From Amphiscolops sp. MND2022 (taxonomy: Eukaryota), in NCBI GenBank assembly GCA_964187785.1, contig OZ076413.1:58032001-58096000 (forward strand): DNA of 64,000 nt, written 5' to 3'. Below the pieces are notes generated by a model. It was not told where the DNA came from, did no database searches, and saw only the letters and a list, made by a program, of their open reading frames with translations. This document shows, in pieces, positions 20,958 to 31,400 of this stretch. Made by a program: the position numbers and the translations under genes. Within the stretch, counting starts at the first letter, position 1; each line of letters begins with the position of its first letter.

Positions 20958-21791
20958 CCCAGGTTAACCATCATGGCTAAGTCATGAATATTCATCCATG
21001 ATTCATCCATAATTCATGGATCGCCATGTCATGAATCCTTCCATGATCTTGGAAAGATATCCATGATTCATGGATGGAAACCCATAAATCATGAATGAAA
21101 ATCCATGATGCCGAGGATGATCATCGATGCAAATTAATGAGAAGATCCAGTTTTTGAACTTCCGTTAAATTGGATACACTAGATTCGATGAATTATGAAA
21201 AAAAATAAAACCATAAAATCCCGTTTTGGATTGATAAATTACGAAAACACCCTCAAAAACGATGAAAACACCTTAAAAGAGCACAAATTAAGCGGATATC
21301 ATCGGATTTGACATCCATTAAAACAAACAAATCAAACCTTCATTGAAATACACTAGAATCGATGAATTCTGAAAAAAGTGAAGCAATAATATCAAGTTTT
21401 TGATTGGGACGTTAACAAAAATGCCCTACAAAAAGCGAACATCCTACCTTTTTGCGGCTTCAGGATGCGCGATGCCTAAAAGCGCCCTTAATGCTACCCG
21501 GGTCCTTAAGGTAACCCTTAAATTCCATTAAAAGCAATTAACGACAATAAACAACAAATAAACCTTCACTTTACGAGAACCGACAGCACAGAAAGTTTTG
21601 CCTAATTTGAACGAATTTTTCAACATGGCAAATCGTGGATGAATCATGGATGACAGTCATAGGTGAAAATCCATGGAGCGTTACTCTGCCATGGTTCATC
21701 GATGTTTTTTTCATGAATAATTATGTAATGTGTTTAAAAATCCATGATCATGGATGCATATCCATGAAATAGCCATGTTGGTCAACCTGGG
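20958..21791. mobile_element. MITE-like element with 22-bp TIRs and a TA target duplication
   Basis: CCCAGGTTAACCATCATGGCTA versus TAGCCATGTTGGTCAACCTGGG (20/22 match), with TA on both sides and a CATG-rich interior. Confidence 0.7.
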
Positions 21792-22020
21792 TAACCTAGG
21801 AATGATGAAATGAGTGGTAAATAACAATGAAACAACACTGTGGAAACTCAAAAGTACGAAAACATCCAAAAACGATATAAACACTGCAGAAATGAAAATT
21901 TTGAAATTTTTGTTCGTTTTAGATAGTATTGAATTATGAAAATTGTACTTGTTGAACACTTTAGAACACTTAAACCTGATAAAAGATACATGAACCATTC
22001 TCTTTCGAGAAGAACAGCAT

Positions 22021-22416
22021 GGATGTAAGCTACTTTTTGTACTATCAAAGTTTCCGTCATCAATTATGACGCCTTCGGGTTTCTGCCAGAAATACTTGAA
22101 TTTTTCAAAATTACTTGGTTCTTTTTTACTTCAGCTCCTATATCTCATGACCGACACCAAATATGGAGTTTACGGTTTCGTTAATTTTACGAGGCTAATG
22201 TACGCTACATTTTAGGCTAAAAGTCACATCGAAATTTCTTTGCTCTGGAATTTTTTTGAGTCAATTTCTTTCCAATTTGTAGCTCATTTTGCTCAGAACT
22301 GAGAATAGACGAAAACCATTCTACCTCACAAAGTGAGGCAAGGATGTAGGCTACTTTTTGTACTATCAAAGTTTCCGTCATCAAGTATGACGCCTTCGGG
22401 TTTCTGCCAGAAATAC
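22021..22416 (+). repeat. 75-bp direct repeat pair (22021-22095 and 22342-22416)
   Basis: GGATGTA(A/G)GCTACTTTTTGTACTATCAAAG...GCCAGAAATAC, with 2 mismatches. Confidence 0.9.
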
Positions 22417-22767
22417 ATTTTTTCATTTTTCTCAAAAAATTAATTTTATCTTTTAGTTCTTTCATCAAAATGTCCTGATCTGAAACTAGTTATGTTCACT
22501 AGGTTTTGAGTATTGGGGTGTACTCATTTTGTAGCACCTTCTTCATACCATTGAACGTTACTGCTCGAGGCCAAGCGCGACATGTCGTCGCGCCTATGTT
22601 TAATTTTGGGGATTTTTTTCTCAGTACGGTTGCCCAATAGCTGGTGTTCCCATGCGTGCTGTTTTTGGCCGTGGGTGGAAATATGGGCAGAAGGAAACGA
22701 AAGACGTCCATGGGTCGTGCAAATGATTTTTCGACAAGCAAAACATTTGCTTGTCTCTTCTGATTTT

Positions 22768-23245
22768 TAGTCGGCGCTTTTTTAAAGAAAAAAGTCGACT
22801 ACAGTCATGGCTTTTCGTCAGTGTTTTTTACAATACAACCTGAAGTGGCCAAAATAGTTCTACCAAAGGTTCTACAAAAGTTTAGGCAGCCAAACTGTAC
22901 CTGATGGCTCAAACAACTGAACCAAAAGAATATACTTTTTTCCACGTAACATACAACAACGTTGATTCAATGGTTCACCGGTGAGACTAAAGGCCCCCTT
23001 TCAAGTTTTTCGGCATTGCGAGATTTTTTTCCACTTTTTTCCACCAAGGGGTCTCTCCTTCAATTTTTTTGATGATTTGCGACAGAATGGATGAAAAATC
23101 TGAAAGTGTTCCTCCTGTCGCACCAATTCGGTCCAACTTTTGGGTTTTTCGGGTAATGTAGAAGAGAATTTTTTGACACTTTGAAGTCCTTTTGCTATTT
23201 TTGAGCCTCAGATACGGCGTCGACTTGGGACATTCCCGGCTTGTT
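22768..23245 (+). mobile_element. HINE-like non-autonomous repeat copy
   Basis: 5' TAGTCGGCGC..GTCGACTA hairpin, internal AAAGG(G)CCCC subrepeats and 3' GGCGTCGACTTGGG...CCCGGCTTGTT. Confidence 0.7.
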
Positions 23246-23299
23246 ATTCTAGACATACAAAGACATACAAGAATATTGCAACAAATGCAACAAAATGTA

Positions 23300-24670
23300 G
23301 GATGAGGTAGGGCATGGATTGATTGTGGTAGATATATCCTAGTTCGGAATAGAGCAAATAACCTGCCCGGTGCGCGACCACAGGGGGTAAAATCGAGCCA
23401 CTGATACGAACCACAAATGAGCGGTTACGCGCGAATAAACAAATAATAATAAAAAAAGGATCAATCGGGGCTGTCTGAAATTCTGTATTCGTTGCGAATA
23501 AGTAAGAAGAAGGACGGCAAATCACCATTTGAAAAGCAAATGGGAAAGGAACCGAATACAGTAAAAACTAACTTAGTGTCGAAATTGTTGGATATTTCAG
23601 AGCAAGACCCGAACATCGAGTTTGAACAATCGGATTTTCAAAAAGACCTAAATTTTACGGTGCTTGTGCGTGAGAGGCCACGCGGATCAAAGCTGCAAAG
23701 CATATTCGAGAAGAAGTCGGGAAAGACCATCAAAGAGACAGGGCATACAATCACAATGTTGCCCAAAAATTCGTCGAAGCCCAAAATCTACGCTAAAAGA
23801 GATCTGGCACATCTGTCAAAAGAGCAAAAAGCCGTCATTGAGAAATCAGCAAAGGAGAAAAGGCAAAGAGGAGAATGGTCGAGCTCAGAAAGCAGCCAAG
23901 AACGCCCCATGGGAAAGAAGTCACAGAAAAGTAAGAAGAGCGCAGCGGTGGCGAAAGGCAGCACACCGACATTGGCGATTGAATTCAACAATGAGGAGGA
24001 AGAGAGACCGCCTGCGGTGGAGATTGAGAGACCACCAATTGTAGACATAACAAGCAGCACAAAAGGAGATCAGATAAAGAACAGCAGTGGAGCGCTAAAG
24101 TTGGAAAAGAGGAGAAAGAGGGGACTGAGCAAAACCCCGAAAAAGGACGAATCGTCATTACAGCTACAGCCAGATGGGAAGCCGAGAAAAAGCCGCAGAG
24201 TAATTCCTCAACCGGAGTAATTGAAAGGAAGAGAGTACCGACAAAAAGGTACGGAATTGATCTCGTACAAGCCGAGACTGAAGCTGAAAACTAAACCTTG
24301 CCATGAGACACTGCCTTGAAACATTTTTAGTATTGTGCAGTATATTAATCAGTTGTGTTGTGTACCAGTACTAAACCAAGTATTACCAGTGTTAAGTTAA
24401 TGTTGAAAAATTCGACGATTTAGTGTATGTAGCAATTCTCCTAAAACGGGGAGTGTGGTAGATATGACGTAACATAGTGTCAAAGTTGTAAATAGTGTTA
24501 AAGTACCTGTTAACATTTGTGACAGCTAAACTTAGGGCAACGGCCATTTGCCACAGAGCCTAGACAAAAGACAGAGAGTTCTTCAACAAGTTAATTCATA
24601 TCATCACAGAATACATTCTTAATCCTCTGCATCTCTTCAATTATATTTACAAGTTCGCTCCACGTTAACA
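23300..24670 (+). mobile_element. 3' fragment of a Gypsy element: integrase C-terminus, PPT and 3' LTR
   Basis: Relic of TG.VE..IRT, then LR....GKSPFE..G.EPNT in ORF 23492-24220. PPT AAAACGGGGAG at 24443-24453. LTR TGTGG...TTAACA at 24454-24670 has the same termini as the 19630-19821 repeat. Confidence 0.75.
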
Positions 24671-25548
24671 TTGATATTACTCGAAGATGAATTGTTCTTA
24701 CTTTGAAACGCCTGCATGCGTACAAAAAACCGGTTTCCACAAACTAAATGAAGAAATGTTTCAATCGAGGCTTTTGTAAGAAGTAGTGCAGACTTTTAAA
24801 GCATCTGTTTGTTTGTGGACGAGCAACGCGAAGCGAGTTCACATTTTTCAGTTACGAATTTGTGGCAGGTTTGAGTTGATAATCATGACTTTTATCTTGA
24901 ACCCGGATTTTTCCTATCCTCTGTGGATGCGCGTTTGCTTGGAGAATAATTTGGTTTGAAAATGTTCCAAAAAATGTCAACGTAACACTTTTTTTCATCT
25001 AACAACATGAGAAAATGGGGGAAAATTCTAATCATCCTTCTGGCGTAATTTGCACTTCGTTAAACGCTTTGCTCAGATGTTTTTTCTCCTTTCCCATATT
25101 TACAAGCCTACTACTGTCTCTCAACTGAAAACAATTACGGCAACCATTTATACGCATTCGAGACTGGAAATTTTCAAAATGTTTGGTCGTCAAGTTTATT
25201 TCACCTAAACAACTAGAAAGAAGCGAAATTTAATTTTTACTGCTCATTGTGACGTAAAGCTACTTGTTAAACGCCCTTCAAAAACGTAAGTCATAAAATA
25301 GTGGTTCTGCGAAGTTGCGCTGATGTAAAAGAAGTAGGTTTTTTGCGCAAGTATGAAGTTCTAAATCAATTCTTTGTACTTCTTCATATTACGTCATATG
25401 AAATGTTTCATCGACCTAAAATACTCTATATGAAAGTTCCAAAGTACAACATGGCAAACTTTTTATCTTGGCAAAGATTTTGACTTGCAAATCTAATCGC
25501 AAAAGCTCTAACGTTTGCCATACACTATTTGTTATGGCTCAAAGCGCA

Positions 25549-26148
25549 TTGTGAGGTCTTTTGATTATCGCAGTTTCTCGATAGCTTGGAAAATAGTTCA
25601 ATTTTTGAAGCTGAAACAAAAAAATCAGGAATATTTGGACGTTGCTCCAAATTAGTTCAAGATAGGGATTTGTTGCTAGGAAGCTTCAAATGCATTTTGC
25701 AAAGAACATTATCAACAGTAGGAGTATCGCTCTTATTTGTGTCCTTTATCCCGAGAAAGACGCCAGAAACCAAACAATAAAACCCAAGAAATTATAAATG
25801 CAAACACGGAACACACTTTGAAGAATTAAAATTTCTGTCAGACAATCGAAGATGTCTGACAAAGTTTATCTTAATACTTTAATCCCTGAATTTGTAATCT
25901 ATTCGAAAGAGGTTGTGTCAATTCGGAAAATATATAAATTCTATCAAAATAAAATTTAGTTCATTTGATACAACCAGTTTCAGTCGTAATATCATCCAAG
26001 CAAAATTCAGGTTCGTGTTTTTGAAAAAGCCTTTTCTTTCCAAAATCTAGCTACGGAATTCAATCTACGGAATTCTTTTTGTTCCAGCTTCAAAAATTGA
26101 ACATTTTCCAAGCTATCGAGAAACTGCGATAATCAAAAGACCTCGCAA
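25549..26148. mobile_element. Non-autonomous element with about 77-bp terminal inverted repeats
   Basis: TTGTGAGGTCTTTTGATTATCGCAGTTTCTCGATAGCTTGGAAAA... at 25549-25625 is inverted at about 26072-26148. No TSD was recognised. Confidence 0.75.
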
Positions 26149-26243
26149 GAATCTTTTCATGTTTTTGCCCGACAGAGGATTTTCCGAAATATTGATAAAA
26201 TGCATAGTTAAAATCATTCGAGTTGAGCTTTTTGAGGGACTTT

Positions 26244-26654
26244 TGTTGCGGTAGCAATATCGCTAATTTAAAACAAACAAATAATAAGACGGTTTAGTGT
26301 AGAGGTAGTAATACTAGCTCTCCAATCGAAAGGTCTACGGTTCGAATCCCGGACGGGTCCGTAAATGTTTCGGTTAAAACTTGTATTTTTACCATAAAAT
26401 ATATTCAAATAACCTTGAAAAATGCTCTTGAAAAGGCCTTGCTATTCAGTTCAAAAAGCGTTGTTTACTAATATTTGTTAATATTGTTTCGTTTATGTTC
26501 TTTTGCCGTTTGTTATTTGATTAAAACATTTATTCCTAAAGCATTGATACCTCGATTTATAGCCGATATCAGCATCAACCAAAAAATACATTGTTTGGAT
26601 CTTTTCGTTTCTTCAAAACGAACTTTAGAGAAGCTCGATCACTAAAGTTTTAAA
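26244..26654 (+). repeat. BEL 5' LTR
   Basis: TGTTGCGG...AGTTTTAAA. It differs from the 3' LTR at the 2 positions I could find (CTCTTG/CTCCTG and the terminal AAA/ACA). Confidence 0.96.
26288..26360 (+). ncRNA. tRNA-derived (Trp-CCA-like) module in the 5' LTR with A-box and B-box
   Basis: 73 nt with TAGTGTAGAGG (A-box-like), a paired D-stem GTGT/ATAC, CT-CCA-AT at the anticodon position and GGTTCGAATCC (B-box). The acceptor, anticodon and T stems are mismatched, so it is not a functional tRNA. Confidence 0.7.
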
Positions 26655-26671
26655 TGGTGGCCATAGAGAGG
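26655..26671 (+). promoter_or_regulatory. Primer-binding site
   Basis: TGGTGGCCATAGAGAGG directly after the 5' LTR. TGGTGGCCA is complementary to a tRNA 3' end ...UGGCCACCA (Ile-like, tentative). Confidence 0.8.
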
Positions 26672-26787
26672 CATTTCATCCTATTCAGCCCATTCATCCT
26701 CTTCAGCCCATTTCATCCTATTCAGCCCATTCATCCTCTTCAGCCCATTCATCCTATTCATCCTGTTCATCTAGTTCATCCTGTTCA
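26672..26787 (+). repeat. 18-nt tandem array in the BEL leader
   Basis: TCATCCT(A/C)TTCAGCCCAT about 4 times, decaying into 9-nt TTCATCCTG units. Confidence 0.9.
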
Positions 26788-26894
26788 ACAACCTACACGA
26801 CTTTCCACACAAATTTATTTCACAATTGGAATTGTAGAGTTCAATTCCACTAGAAATTTCGCATTGCAACCGCCATTTTCATAATCGAGGGGTC

Positions 26895-27090
26895 AGCAGA
26901 GGGTGTCCCCCCACAACTGAGGGTGTCTCCCACAGCAGAGGGTGTCCCCCACAACAGAGGGTGTCTCCCACAGCAGAGGGTGTCCCCCCACAGCAGAGGG
27001 TTCCCAGCAGAGAAAGTCCTAGGGGTGTCCCCCACAGCCGAGGGTGTCTCGCACAGCAGAGGGTGCCCCCTATCAGCAGAGGGTCCTTCC
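26895..27090 (+). repeat. About 19-20-nt GC-rich tandem array in the BEL leader
   Basis: AGCAGAGGGTGTC(C/T)CCCAC, about 10 variably degenerate units. Confidence 0.9.
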
Positions 27091-27586
27091 CCCCAGACCA
27101 GGAAGTCCCCCCGCAGGCAAAGTGCTAACCACTACAGCCCCCCTCGAAAGTCAGAAGTTGTCCGGAAACCCAGAAAATGCCCGAAGTCCCGAAGATACCC
27201 CAATCAACCCAGTAGAGGTATTTTTTAAACAGAAAAAACTGCTCCAACAACGTCCTTGAAAAACTTTGATGTGCGCTATATTTAGTCAAAAGCAAGACCT
27301 TTGAAAAAAAACAAATTTTTCGGAAATTTCTTGAATCACTGTGACTTTTTGAAAATAAACATCGGAAATGGCGAAGTTCGGAATACTTGCTTTCTATTAG
27401 AATTGCATCAGAAAGAAAAGACTTCTGTTCATTCTAGCAGCATTTTTCTTGAAAAATAGGTTGTAATAATACTTGAAAAAACCAACAAATTGCGAAACTT
27501 TGAAAAAAGCAGCTGGCGCCCAAAAAAGGCTCAAAAAACTTCGATAGTCTCAAAAAAGCAAGTGAAATATGCCGAAAAAATATTGA

Positions 27587-28189
27587 ATGGTTCGAATTTT
27601 GGCCGCCAGTTCGTTGCATCATGCAATAGAAACTGTTATCCCCGAAAATCAAAACGCTCTAAAAGAAAAAATTTATTCCATACCGGGCCTGAGTTTAAAC
27701 ATTAACGCAAAAAATCCTCGAAAAATTGTACAAAATCTGATTGAAAAAGATTTCAAAGACGAAAACGAACTGATAATTTGGCACGACGTAATTAATAACA
27801 GTATCTGTAAACATAAAAGCAACTTTTACCGTGCCTTGTCAGTGATTGACCTAGTGAATGTTCTGAAATCTTATCAACACAGAATCAGGGCTCTTGTGTA
27901 CTGCCAACGGAATCGAACGCCTGACATTTTCTTGCAATTGAAAGAGAAAAACATTCTTGTATTGAACATTGAAAAAGATTTTACTTCGCTGCGTAAGCAA
28001 AAGGATCCCGAATATTTGCAAAATTTGAAGGCGTTGCACCAGAGTCCTGACCTAGAATTGAAACATCTAAATCTAATTTTGAAACATGAAAACGATCTTC
28101 ACCAAATTACTGCCCGCAGTCGACCCAAACGTCCTTCTAAACGCGCCCGTAAGGCAATAAAAACCCAGTCACTTGCTGCTGATAACTGA
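27587..28189 (+). CDS. Extra ORF inside the BEL element upstream of gag-pol, SGNH-hydrolase-like
   Basis: Intact 200-aa ORF between the LTRs with RILAASSL, SIPGLS and IIWHDVINNS in SGNH block order and a basic C-terminal tail. Confidence 0.65.
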   Translation: MVRILAASSLHHAIETVIPENQNALKEKIYSIPGLSLNINAKNPRKIVQNLIEKDFKDENELIIWHDVINNSICKHKSNFYRALSVIDLVNVLKSYQHRIRALVYCQRNRTPDIFLQLKEKNILVLNIEKDFTSLRKQKDPEYLQNLKALHQSPDLELKHLNLILKHENDLHQITARSRPKRPSKRARKAIKTQSLAADN

Positions 28190-28426
28190 CTTCCCTCTTC
28201 ATCTCTGTGTTGTAGCCGCGTCCGGACTTCATTGTCTGGTTGACGCTGCAACCAGTAAAAGTTTCTTTTCTGTGTTGTGTCCGAGCTTCACTGCTCGGTT
28301 GATTCACAGAAAGAACCACCCTCCCGTAAAAAAGCAGCAGTGCATCCGTCCTTTTAATCATCTGTACGACGTGCAGATCATCGTAATCGTCCTCTTTTAA
28401 CCCAAACAAAAAAAAACAGAAGAATT

Positions 28427-31400
28427 ATGACTGACTTGCAAGAAAAAGTCCAGAAATTGCACGATAGCCGATTGAAGGCGCAAACCGAACTAAACAGCTT
28501 GCAACAGAAGATCTCTGATTCCATCACCAACGCAGACAGACGAGTAAAAGTTGAACGTCTCGTGAAAGAAGCTGAAGATGCGATGACGAGAGCATTCAGC
28601 AAAAACGAACAAATTTTTGCGCTTGCATCAAAAACTACTAATGCTGAGGCACTCAAAGCGGACTTAGAACAGTGGTTGAAAGAGGTCACTGAGCAGAACG
28701 ACGAAATTTTGAGAAAGGCCCGCGAATATATTGATGCTTGCCCAGCAGCTGATGAAAAGTCACATTCTTCGGTCGGCACTGTTAACGAAAAGGCTTCGAA
28801 ACGATCTTCGATATCAACGAAATCGAAAACATCAAGTCAGAAACAGAAAGAACTTGTTTTAGCAATGCAACGTCGGGAAGAACTGGCACGACAGAGTGAA
28901 AACGCGCTACGTTTAGCCAAGCAGAGACATGAGTTCGCACGGAAACGCTTAGAAGAAGAACAGGCTCTCCAACTGGAAGAAATGGCGGAAGAAAACCGAC
29001 GAAAACTTGCGGAAGCAAGAATTACCGAACTGGAGTTGACTGAAAACCTTTCTGAAGCGCCTGATGAATTCCACGAAACACTGTCTCGCATTAGCAAACA
29101 CAGTAGACAAACCGCATCCCAGAGAGTGTCCGACTGGGTCAATGATGTTAATTCGGAACCGCCACAAGCCGTAACTACTGAGGCCAACGCAGAAGCCGAA
29201 TCTTCAAATCCGCCAGTTGCTTCAACAACACTAATAACAGAAGTTGTTCAAAGCAGCTACCCTAACCAACTCGCAGCGCTTGCATCTGGACTGAACACTT
29301 TCCCGCCTGAACAGCAGCTCAACGTTGCCGCTGTCAACTTTTCCATGCCAGTTATACCAAACAGCTCTCCTCCGTCACTGGCTGCGGTCAATCACCTACC
29401 TTTTCGACACGTGCCGTCTGCAGCCGCTCCTACAACATCAACAACCGTGCCCCTCGTATCTCAGACCCCAAATTTGCCTTCGCAGACGCAACAGCCTGCT
29501 ATTCCGATTACAACACAGCCTCTGTTCACCATACCATCCAGCCATGCTGTTCCTAACTTGTCTGCTTGGACATTCCCGGCTGGAAACAGCCTTCCAATAA
29601 CACAATATACTGCCCCGCCACCTACTGGAGGACAATTCACTCTTTCAGGCAGCGTCGCAGCACCGATCGTGACTACCGCCAGTTCGGTTCCAGTTGTTCC
29701 AGTTCGAAGTGGAGGAACCACTTATTACTGCAACCCTCAAGCCGTTACAGTTCCTACAGTTACCGGACCAACAATACAACCTACATCGACACTGATACCG
29801 GCTCCTACTTTCCCGAACTTTCAAAATCCGATCGTTCCACCACCGACGCCAACGACAGTAACAGTGAACGATCTTGCTCAACTTTTGTCCGCTGCGAAAA
29901 AGGACCATCTTCCTGAGTGGAAACTGGCGCAATACAACGGAGATCCACTGCAATGGCATGAGTGGATAGGTCAGTTTAGGAGTGCCATTGACTCCGCACC
30001 ACTTTCGAATGATGTGAAGCTTACGTATCTGAAAACACTCGTGACGGGCAAAGCGAAGACAGCGATTGCGGAATTTGCGTACTGTGGGACTATGTACCAA
30101 GATGCACTGAAGACGCTAGAGCGGAAATTTGGGCAACCACAGGCAGTTGTGTCTGCTCATCTTGACAAACTGAATAACTTCCCGCCATTAAAAATGCATA
30201 ACAGCGATAATGTGATCGCATTTTCTGCAACAATTTCCGCTATGGTTGGCGTGTTCCGCTCGCTGAAATACGAACACGACTTGTCAAGCGCAGCCTTATT
30301 GGGTCAAGCTGTGCAGAAACTTCCTCCTAACATGAAGGAAGCTTGGTCTCTGCATACTGTGAAGAAAGATTGGAGCCGACCGACCCTTTTAGAATTCAAC
30401 GACTGGTTGAAAGATAAAGCCGAAGCACACGAAAGAATGAAAGTGTCTTCAGCGAAACCGAAGGCTGACGAAAGTGCTCCTACTGTTACACGCACCAAGA
30501 CTGGAGCGAAAGTGTTCGCCGCGGCTAGTTCTAGCGCACCTTCAACTGGAACTTCATCCAAGACAAATCGAGTGCAATTAGCTTGCATTGCTTGCAAAGA
30601 AAATCATCCTTTATGGCGATGTCGCGTGTTTCTCAGTAAAACACCTACCGAAAGAGCAAAGGTAGTTGCCGAAAACAAACTTTGCTTCTCGTGTTTTAAA
30701 GGAAACCACTCTTTCCGTCAATGTCCACAACCACGCAAGTGCAATAAAGATAACTGCTCAAGTTCTCATAATACTCTGTTACACGGTGCCGAACGAGTCT
30801 TCCAACCAAGAACCACTCCGAAAACGTCACGAAACCATGTAACTAGTTCTTGTAGCTCCACAACACCAAACAGTCAAACTGGTGAAAGTTCCGGCGTGTG
30901 CTCGGTAACCGACATGAAAGGACTTCTCCAAATCACAGAGGTCGAAGTACATACCGGAACTAACTCCGCAAAGGTGCTAGCTTTGTGTGACTCTGCTTGC
31001 AGTCACTCGTGGATTTCTGAAAAACTTGCAACAAAGCTTAACCTGAAAGGTGTACCAACCAAACTAACAGTCCATGGGATAAACTCACAACAGGTTGTTG
31101 ACACTGAGATAGTTGAGCTCAAGTTGACGCCCGTTCATTCGGGTGGCTCTTGCTCTGCTTTCAATGTCAAACCCTATGTGAGAAAGACTTTGCACGTTGG
31201 AAATGATGTCATCGATGTGGACTCTCTGAAAACAATCTACCCTCACTTGGAGCCCATTGCTCTAAAGACATACAGTTACGCAGATGTCGAAATGATACTG
31301 GGTCAAGACGTGTTCCATTCAATCCGCCCGTTGGAGTATTTTGAATCCGACCGAAAAAATTCTCCAATTGCCGTTCGAATACCGTTGGGTTGGGTTTTGA

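Noticed and set aside
26288-26360. Functional tRNA-Trp gene
   Set aside because: The acceptor, anticodon and T stems do not pair, and the segment is part of a duplicated LTR. Kept only as tRNA-derived.
26654-27259. Short ORFs over the BEL leader arrays, and a CRISPR-like appearance of the arrays
   Set aside because: The peptides are products of the repeats. Units are contiguous with no unique spacers, and the context is eukaryotic.
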